Positions 18,099-23,714 of a stretch of DNA of 23,714 nucleotides are shown here, in pieces (within the stretch, counting starts at the first letter, position 1; each line of letters begins with the position of its first letter). A program made the translations under genes and the position numbers. Source of the DNA: a bacterium (GTDB lineage: Bacteria > Bacteroidota > Ignavibacteria > UBA10030). The stretch spans positions 1 to 23,714 of the forward strand of contig JAZDJN010000081.1 in assembly GCA_043803945.1 (NCBI GenBank), written 5' to 3'. A model generated the notes under the pieces. That model had not been told where the DNA came from. It searched no databases and saw nothing but the letters and a program-made list of their open reading frames with translations.

Positions 18099-19204
18099 AG
18101 AAGAACTTTCCAAAGTCATCGCAGACGATCTTTTCAAAGAGCGAGCTTATTCAGTATCTCAATATCAAGAGCAAGTCGGCAAACAAAGGTTCAAAGTCCA
18201 GGGGCAGTTTCGCCAATCTCTATGCCATCTATGTTTTGGTCGAAGATTACATTTCAAAAGGCTTCCACAAGGCAGGCAATTACAAGAAGTCCGAGGGTGC
18301 CGTCTTTTCAACGCTTTTCGACAGACAAAGGGAGCTACCTTTTGGGCAGAAACTGCAGAACCACGCACTTAACCACCGAATGAATGAGGAGTTCAAGAAG
18401 TTTTTCCCTAATTGCGATTACATTCCCATCCTTCGAGATCCTAAAACCAACCGCTACTGGTTCAACCAAAATCTTCTCAGACTCACAGTCCGCTCCAAGA
18501 AGCAAGACCTTTCTCAGTCTATGATAGAAATTATCGACGCATACGTCGAGGCAAAGAGAAGCGCATTTGACCGATTTATCAAGTTCTGTGAGGGTGCAGA
18601 AAAACTCAAAGAGCCGAAGCTTGTAGAATTCATCACGGGTTTGATTGAGCCCACAGTTGACGCCCGCATTTTTGAGATCGTAAGCTACAGTATTCTCAAG
18701 TACTACTATCACAATCAGAAACTCTTCTGGGGTTTTGACCCTGATGACCTCCAAGAAGATAATCTCAAACTCTACAAAACTGGGCGCACCAATGCCAATG
18801 ATGGCGGCATTGATTTCGTTATGAAGCCATTAGGGCGATTTTTTCAGGTCACTGAGACTGTCGATGTGAAGAAGTACTTCTTAGACATCGACAAGATTGA
18901 GAAATTCCCGATAACCTTTGTTGTCAAATCAACCGATTCGTCTGATACTATCAGACAGAAGATACAACAACAGGCAGAAAGACAATATTCAATCCAAGCT
19001 ATTGTCTCTCGATATATGTCTTGCATTGAAGAAATTATCAACATTCCCGAATTGCTTCTCAAGTTCAAATCGGTGATTGATGAAGGTTACTTGACCGACA
19101 TTCTTACAGAGATCATCAAACAGAGCAAGGTCGAATTCAATTACGACGAAGATGACTACGATGTGAGCGAATATGCGAACGGCAAAGAGTCCGAAGAAGA
19201 TTGA
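18059..19204 (+). CDS. Type II restriction endonuclease (AvaIII/NsiI-like)
   Basis: Overlaps the MTase by 40 nt. QYLNIK.KSANKGSKSRGSFAN.YAIYVLVEDY and the nuclease-like core NANDGGIDFVMKPLGRFFQVTE resemble, from recall, REases paired with YhdJ-like MTases. Confidence 0.78.
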   Translation: MEHEFTKTIKSILEKNFPKSSQTIFSKSELIQYLNIKSKSANKGSKSRGSFANLYAIYVLVEDYISKGFHKAGNYKKSEGAVFSTLFDRQRELPFGQKLQNHALNHRMNEEFKKFFPNCDYIPILRDPKTNRYWFNQNLLRLTVRSKKQDLSQSMIEIIDAYVEAKRSAFDRFIKFCEGAEKLKEPKLVEFITGLIEPTVDARIFEIVSYSILKYYYHNQKLFWGFDPDDLQEDNLKLYKTGRTNANDGGIDFVMKPLGRFFQVTETVDVKKYFLDIDKIEKFPITFVVKSTDSSDTIRQKIQQQAERQYSIQAIVSRYMSCIEEIINIPELLLKFKSVIDEGYLTDILTEIIKQSKVEFNYDEDDYDVSEYANGKESEED

Positions 19205-19218
19205 CAGGCGCAAACGGC

Positions 19219-19349
19219 ACATAACACGCCGCACCACGTCGCTCCGTCATTTGGAGTAGATTAAAGTCGTCGCTCAATGGCACGCCTTCGCAGGAAATTG
19301 ATTTATTATAGCTCGGCGTGCCACTGCGTGGTGCGGCGAAATGTTAGGC
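19219..19349 (+). other. attC-like recombination site 1 (131 bp)
   Basis: R'' ACATAAC 19219-19225. Perfect 12-bp IR CGCCGCACCACG (19227-19238)/CGTGGTGCGGCG (19327-19338). Inner IR TGGCACGCC/GGCGTGCCA. R' GTTAGGC 19343-19349. Confidence 0.82.
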
Positions 19350-19387
19350 GGCATGGCCGCCCTAAGGATACAGATAACGGGATGTGT

Positions 19388-19666
19388 TTATTCAAAGAGT
19401 TGTACTCTAATCCTCATGCCTAGTGCATTTGCATATTTTTCAAGAGTTGAGAGTCGTATGTCCTCAGCATGGTTTTCAATTCGGGATATTGCCGATTTTT
19501 TTGTCCGAAGTTTCTTCGCAATCGCTTCTTGTGTTACTCCAGCTCGTTCTCGAGCTTCCCTCAACATCACACTGAACTCAAACGCTTCATATCCTGATTC
19601 GAAATTCTGTGCAAACTTTGAACTACGTGCTTTTCGTCTTTCGATATATCGCTCAACATCACTCAT
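19388..19666 (-). CDS. HigA-like XRE/HTH antitoxin
   Basis: [31 protein letters not shown]...[21 protein letters not shown]-coupled to the upstream toxin. Confidence 0.9.
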   Translation of the reverse strand: MSDVERYIERRKARSSKFAQNFESGYEAFEFSVMLREARERAGVTQEAIAKKLRTKKSAISRIENHAEDIRLSTLEKYANALGMRIRVQLFE

Positions 19667-20016
19667 AGCTTTCCCTTCCTTTGCATGTATTCAGTTCGTC
19701 GTTGTTGCGCTAGCTCTATCTCTTGTAAAGGTATTTTCTTTTGCTTCTTCACAAATCCGCTCGTCAAGATTAGTAACACCGGTCCATCAAAGAATCCAAG
19801 TAATCGATAATGTTTACCTCCAGACTGAACGCGTATTTCCCAGAGTTGATCGGTTCCGACAAGTTTTTTCAAGTATTGCTCTGGTACTCTATCAAGTCGC
19901 TCAACAAGTCGTAGTACCCATGCTACTTTCTGAGCGTGCTGGTCCGACAAGCTGTCGAGGGATTCTTCTACTGGCTTCGAGTTCGATGGTGTTCTATAAA
20001 ATTCTATTTCTCGCAC
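19663..20016 (-). CDS. RelE/ParE-superfamily toxin (Gp49-like, HigB-type)
   Basis: IEFYRT....PVEE.L..L, LWEIRV......YR, GFVKK..K.P..EIELA..R motifs. Toxin-before-antitoxin gene order. Confidence 0.9.
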   Translation of the reverse strand: MREIEFYRTPSNSKPVEESLDSLSDQHAQKVAWVLRLVERLDRVPEQYLKKLVGTDQLWEIRVQSGGKHYRLLGFFDGPVLLILTSGFVKKQKKIPLQEIELAQQRRTEYMQRKGKL

Positions 20017-20021
20017 ATCCT

Positions 20022-20050
20022 AAGTTAACATATATGTGAACTATATGCAA
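20022..20050 (-). promoter_or_regulatory. TA promoter with palindromic autoregulatory operator
   Basis: Minus strand TTGCAT (20050-20045), 17 bp, TAACTT (20027-20022). Near-perfect palindrome GTTAACATA-TATGTGAAC (20024-20041) overlaps the spacer and -10. Confidence 0.7.
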
Positions 20051-20091
20051 GCAGCCTTTATTCAATCTTTTGAGTGCGGGCGGCCACGACC

Positions 20092-20378
20092 GCCTAACAA
20101 TCGTGCTTGCGACCCGCCTCCGAAAAAAACACTACGGCGGGCAGGCGCTCGCCTAGGAAGATAGCGGGCGGGCACTCGTTTGGTTATGTCGAATAGGAAT
20201 CTAAATTAATGTATGTCAATTGTGCTTCCGCCAAAAAGATAGCGGACAGTTGCTCCATTTCGTGCCGCCACACAATTGAGCTTTCATAGCGGCGGCACTC
20301 AACGGCCCCGATAAAAAACATCCCGATACAATGCATCGGGACAAGTTCGGGGCAGGCGCAAGCACTCACACGTTATGC
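20092..20378 (+). other. attC-like site 2 (287 bp, expanded by nested hairpins)
   Basis: R'' GCCTAAC 20092-20098, IR GTGCTTGCG (20103-20111)/CGCAAGCAC (20357-20365), R' GTTATGC 20372-20378. Confidence 0.75.
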
Positions 20379-20430
20379 GCCACGCAGCTTTTGTAGGAAA
20401 CGATATGCTTGGTACTTTGGAATAAGGAAT

Positions 20431-20847
20431 ATGTCAACACACCAATCATTTTCCTTCGTACAATTTTTGATTTTACTCTTATTTCTCTCAAGCGGGTGCG
20501 TTTCGATAGAAATTATCAATCCTGATCCAGGTAGATTCGATTCGACAAAAGACATTGTAGTATCAACCCATGATGGCCGTAACATTCTCTTTCGTGGTGG
20601 CAATTATCAGATCATCTATCAACTCAATAATAAATTAATCAAAGGTTATGGGAGATTGATAGCTGCGGGAAATCTATCTGACCGAGAATTAATATTTAAT
20701 GATACTATTCCGTTTGACCAAATCGATTCAATTCAGGTACGCCATTATTCGATATTTCACTATACCGGTGCAATTATATTTGGGATAGCAGCACTTTGTG
20801 TTATCATACTAGCAATGATGTTCGGCGGCCGTGGTATTGGCGATTGA
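20431..20847 (+). CDS. Putative lipoprotein with C-terminal TM segment (cassette gene, copy 1)
   Basis: SD AAGGA, lipobox-like LSSG|C, hydrophobic C-terminal helix, AT-rich. Confidence 0.75.
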   Translation: MSTHQSFSFVQFLILLLFLSSGCVSIEIINPDPGRFDSTKDIVVSTHDGRNILFRGGNYQIIYQLNNKLIKGYGRLIAAGNLSDRELIFNDTIPFDQIDSIQVRHYSIFHYTGAIIFGIAALCVIILAMMFGGRGIGD

Positions 20848-20889
20848 TTATATTAATCATTATCAATGCAAATCATGCTGCTGCGCGGC

Positions 20890-21203
20890 GCCAAACAATC
20901 GTGCTTGCGACCCGCCTACGCCAAAATCGCTTCCACCTTCACTTCGTTTCAGTGGACAAGTCGGCGGACAAACCCGCCCAAGAAGATGGCGGACAAACGC
21001 TCGTTTGGTTATGTCGAACAGGAATCTAATGAAAGGTATGTCAGTTGTGCTTCCGCCAAACAGACGGCGGACAGGCGCTCCATTTCGTGCCGCCACACAA
21101 ATTGATTTTTCGTAGTGGCGGCACTCAACGGCCCCGATAAATAACATCCCGATACAATGCATCGGGACAAGTTCGGGGCAAGCGCAAGCACTCACTGCTA
21201 GGC
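20890..21203 (+). other. attC-like site 3 (314 bp, degenerate cores)
   Basis: Homologous to site 2, with the same GTGCTTGCG/CGCAAGCAC arms. R'' GCCAAAC and R' GCTAGGC deviate from consensus. Confidence 0.65.
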
Positions 21204-21255
21204 GGCACGCAGCTTTTGTAGGAAACGATATGCTTGGTACTTTGGAATAAGGAAT

Positions 21256-21672
21256 ATGTTAACACACCAATCATTTTCCTTCGTACAATTTTTGCTTTTA
21301 CTCTTATTTCTCTCAAGCGGGTGCGTTTCGATAGAAATTATCAATCCTGATCCAGGTAGATTCGATTCGACAAAAGACATTGTAGTATCAACCCATGATG
21401 GTCGTAACATTCTCTTTCGTGGTGGTAATTATCAGATCATCTATCAACTCAATAATAAATTAATCAAAGGTTATGGGAGATTGATAGCTGCGGGAAATCT
21501 ATCTGACCGAGAATTAATATTTAATGATACTATTCCGTTTGACCAAATCGATTCAATTCATGTACGCCATTATTCGATATTTCACTATACCGGTGCAATT
21601 ATATTTGGGATAGCAGCACTTTGTGTTATCATACTAGCAATGATGTTCGGCGGCCGTGGTATTGGCGGTTGA
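21256..21672 (+). CDS. Putative lipoprotein with C-terminal TM segment (cassette gene, copy 2)
   Basis: 134/138 aa identical to 20431-20847. Confidence 0.75.
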   Translation: MLTHQSFSFVQFLLLLLFLSSGCVSIEIINPDPGRFDSTKDIVVSTHDGRNILFRGGNYQIIYQLNNKLIKGYGRLIAAGNLSDRELIFNDTIPFDQIDSIHVRHYSIFHYTGAIIFGIAALCVIILAMMFGGRGIGG

Positions 21673-21866
21673 TTATATTAATCATTATCAATGCAAATCA
21701 TGCTGCTGCGCAGCGCCTAACAATCGCAACTATGGTGTTCGCTCTTTAATGTGTTAGCTGCAAGTTTCCCCTGGACTTTCTCATCATATTCCTCTCACAT
21801 ACAGTGCCACACAAGATTACAAAATATTGTGTAGATTAGCGTAATTAGCGTTAACCCGATGAATCG

Positions 21867-22538
21867 ATGAAAACAGAATTGATAGAGAAGCAAGTTGTCT
21901 CAAAAAAGCGTGTGGCTGACCATGGCGAGGTGTTGACCGGCAAGCGCGAGGTTAATGCCATGCTCGACCTTGTGAAGCAGGAAACGGAGCGGATCGAGTC
22001 GCGGTTTCTTGAACCGGCTTGCGGGGACGGGAATTTCCTCACAGAAATTCTGGAACGAAAACTGCGCGTCGTTGAAAGCCGCTACGGGAAGTCCCAACTG
22101 GAATACGAACGCTACGCCATACTTGCAGTATCTTCCATCTACGGCATTGATATTCTGGAAGACAACGTTCAGCAGTGCCGGCACAGGCTTTTCGGGGTTT
22201 TCGAGTTGAACTACACGCGGCTTTTCAAGAACAATGCCAAGAATAGGTGTCGCGAGGCCGTCCGGTTCATCCTTGAACGCAATATCATCTGGGGCGACGC
22301 CCTGACGCTCAAGACAGTGGGCGAGGAACCGGAATACATTGTTTTTTCAGAATGGTCGCCGGTCAATGGAAGTATGCTTAAGCGGCGCGACTTCACGTTC
22401 CACGGTTTGCTGTCACACGAAGGCATGAAGGAACTGCCGCTCTTCTCCGATCTCGGCGAAGACGTATTCATTCCCACACCGAAGAAGGAATATCGCCCGA
22501 CCCACTTCCTGGAGGTTGCCGATGCAGACAAGCGGTAG
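21867..22538 (+). CDS. SAM-dependent DNA methyltransferase-like subunit (motif I, no obvious motif IV)
   Basis: [42 protein letters not shown]. Overlaps the downstream Eco57I-like gene. Confidence 0.8.
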   Translation: MKTELIEKQVVSKKRVADHGEVLTGKREVNAMLDLVKQETERIESRFLEPACGDGNFLTEILERKLRVVESRYGKSQLEYERYAILAVSSIYGIDILEDNVQQCRHRLFGVFELNYTRLFKNNAKNRCREAVRFILERNIIWGDALTLKTVGEEPEYIVFSEWSPVNGSMLKRRDFTFHGLLSHEGMKELPLFSDLGEDVFIPTPKKEYRPTHFLEVADADKR

Positions 22539-23714
22539 TTACAACCCGGACGTCCTGACCTGCCTGGCAAACTTGAGCAGTGACGAAGTGTTCAGCCCGC
22601 CGCAATTGGTCAATCGCGTTCTGGATTTACTGCCTCATGAAATTTGGAGCGACAAGAACGCCCGGTTTCTCGATCCGTTCTGCAAGTCCGGTGTTTTTTT
22701 ACGCGAGATTGCCAAGCGCCTCGACAAAGGCCTGGAAAAGATAATCCCGAACAAGCAGAAGCGGATCAACCACATCTTTAAGAACCAGTTGTTCGGCATT
22801 GCCATTACGGAATTGACCTCTTTGCTTTCCCGCCGGTCGGTGTATTGCTCGAAGACCGCCAATGGGAAATATTCCGTCTGCGAAACCTTCGACGACTTAC
22901 AGGGTAATATCCGTTTCAAGCGGATCGAGCACACATGGGAAGAAGGACGTTGCGTTTTCTGCGGGGCAAACCAAGAGGCCTATGACCGAAGCAAAGAACT
23001 GGAAACCCACGCCTATCAATTTATCCATACTGAAAAGCCAGAGGAGATATTCAAGATGAAATTCGATGTCATTGTCGGCAATCCGCCGTACCAACTGAGC
23101 GATGGGGGAGCGAAGGCAAGTGCTTCACCTATTTATCACTTATTTGTTCAGCAAGCGAAAAAGCTTAATCCTCGGTTTCTGACCATGATTATTCCTTCAC
23201 GCTGGTTCTCCGGCGGGAAAGGGCTGGATAACTTCAGAAATGAGATGCTTAATGACAATCGTTTGCGACAAATTATCGATTATCCTGATTCGACCGAGTG
23301 TTTTCCTGGCGTTGACCTGAGCGGCGGAGTCTGTTACTTCAAATGGGACAGAGACAACCGGGGCGATTGTGAGATCAATACACATATCGAAGGAAGAACA
23401 TCGACGATGACTCGCCCTCTACACGAAAAGGACATAGACACGTTTATCCGATACAACGAAGCAGTCTCTATCCTTCACAAGATAATCACAAAAAAGGAAA
23501 ATGAAAGTAGCTTCAGTGAAATAGTTAGCGCGAGAAAGCCTTTCGGATTTTCGACTGACTTTAATGATTTCAAACAGAAAGAATTTCCTCACAGTGTAAA
23601 GTTAATTGGTTACAATAAAACCGGCTTTGTTAAGCAATCTCAAATACTACAAAACAGTTCCTGGGTAAATAAACACAAAGTCTATATTTCTATGGCCTAC
23701 GGGGAGAGAATAGC
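22522..23714 (+). CDS. Eco57I-like restriction-modification methylase domain protein (partial, runs off the window)
   Basis: Absent from the ORF track because it has no stop in the window. Manual translation from ATG 22522 (SD GGAGG): [27 protein letters not shown]...[12 protein letters not shown]...[13 protein letters not shown]...[14 protein letters not shown]. Confidence 0.88.
   Translation, partial: MQTSGSYNPDVLTCLANLSSDEVFSPPQLVNRVLDLLPHEIWSDKNARFLDPFCKSGVFLREIAKRLDKGLEKIIPNKQKRINHIFKNQLFGIAITELTSLLSRRSVYCSKTANGKYSVCETFDDLQGNIRFKRIEHTWEEGRCVFCGANQEAYDRSKELETHAYQFIHTEKPEEIFKMKFDVIVGNPPYQLSDGGAKASASPIYHLFVQQAKKLNPRFLTMIIPSRWFSGGKGLDNFRNEMLNDNRLRQIIDYPDSTECFPGVDLSGGVCYFKWDRDNRGDCEINTHIEGRTSTMTRPLHEKDIDTFIRYNEAVSILHKIITKKENESSFSEIVSARKPFGFSTDFNDFKQKEFPHSVKLIGYNKTGFVKQSQILQNSSWVNKHKVYISMAYGERI

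Larger units (their letters stand above)
20092..21726 (+). repeat. Tandem duplication of the attC-like site plus lipoprotein cassette (about 0.8 kb period)
   Basis: CDS starts are 825 bp apart, with near-identical CDSs and flanks. The shared GCC(T/A)AACAATCG motif recurs at 20092, 20890 and 21715. Confidence 0.92.
16181..21759 (+). mobile_element. Integron-like gene cassette array, no integrase in window (CALIN-like), at least 4 cassettes
   Basis: Core sites GTTATGC 16181, GTTAGGC 19343, GTTATGC 20372, GCTAGGC 21197, GTTAGCT 21753. Inverse cores ACATAAC 19219, GCCTAAC 20092, GCCAAAC 20890, GCCTAAC 21715, each at a cassette's right end. Each cassette's two ends are mutually complementary. Confidence 0.8.

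Noticed and set aside
19341-20039. 232-aa plus-strand ORF
   Set aside because: Antisense shadow of the well-supported TA genes.
1479-21161. Avoidance of ATGCAT (expected AvaIII/NsiI-type site) as support for RM specificity
   Set aside because: ATGCAT occurs several times (about 1479, 12284, 20331, 21156), so there is no visible avoidance. Specificity remains an inference.
20796-21195. Several 60-110 aa ORFs (also 20184-20369)
   Set aside because: They lie within GC-rich palindromic attC-like sites and have no protein-like features.
19200-21760. CRISPR array or IS terminal repeats as an explanation for the repeats
   Set aside because: No regular repeat-spacer period, and no cas or transposase gene. 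The repeats bracket whole genes with GTT/AAC cores.

Overview
Bacterial genomic window, probably from the FCB group and Ignavibacteria-like. This is an inference from a TonB receptor/T9SS-CTD-like/PorV-family module combined with canonical SD and sigma70 motifs. It has three parts. (1) 185-5423, minus strand: stress/regulatory cluster with a hypothetical protein, a B12-type radical SAM enzyme, CsbD, an SPFH protein and an orphan NarL-type regulator. (2) 6432-15461, plus strand: SusD-less glycan-utilisation locus with a TonB-dependent receptor, a secreted protein with a T9SS-like C-terminal domain, a PorV/PorQ-family barrel, a FadL-like barrel and a PL6 lyase, followed by a sulfatase remnant. 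(3) About 16181-21759: integron-like gene-cassette array with no integrase in the window and atypical attC-like sites. Cassette 1 (about 3.16 kb, bounded by an 18-bp terminal inverted repeat) carries a TIR-like protein, a 3-TM membrane protein, an adenine MTase and an AvaIII/NsiI-like REase as one unit, a candidate composite anti-phage system. Next come an inverted HigBA-type toxin-antitoxin cassette and a tandemly duplicated lipoprotein cassette whose attC-like sites are inflated by nested REP-like hairpins. The window ends in an Eco57I-like methyltransferase gene pair, truncated by the edge. All family assignments come from motif recognition by eye, with no database searches.
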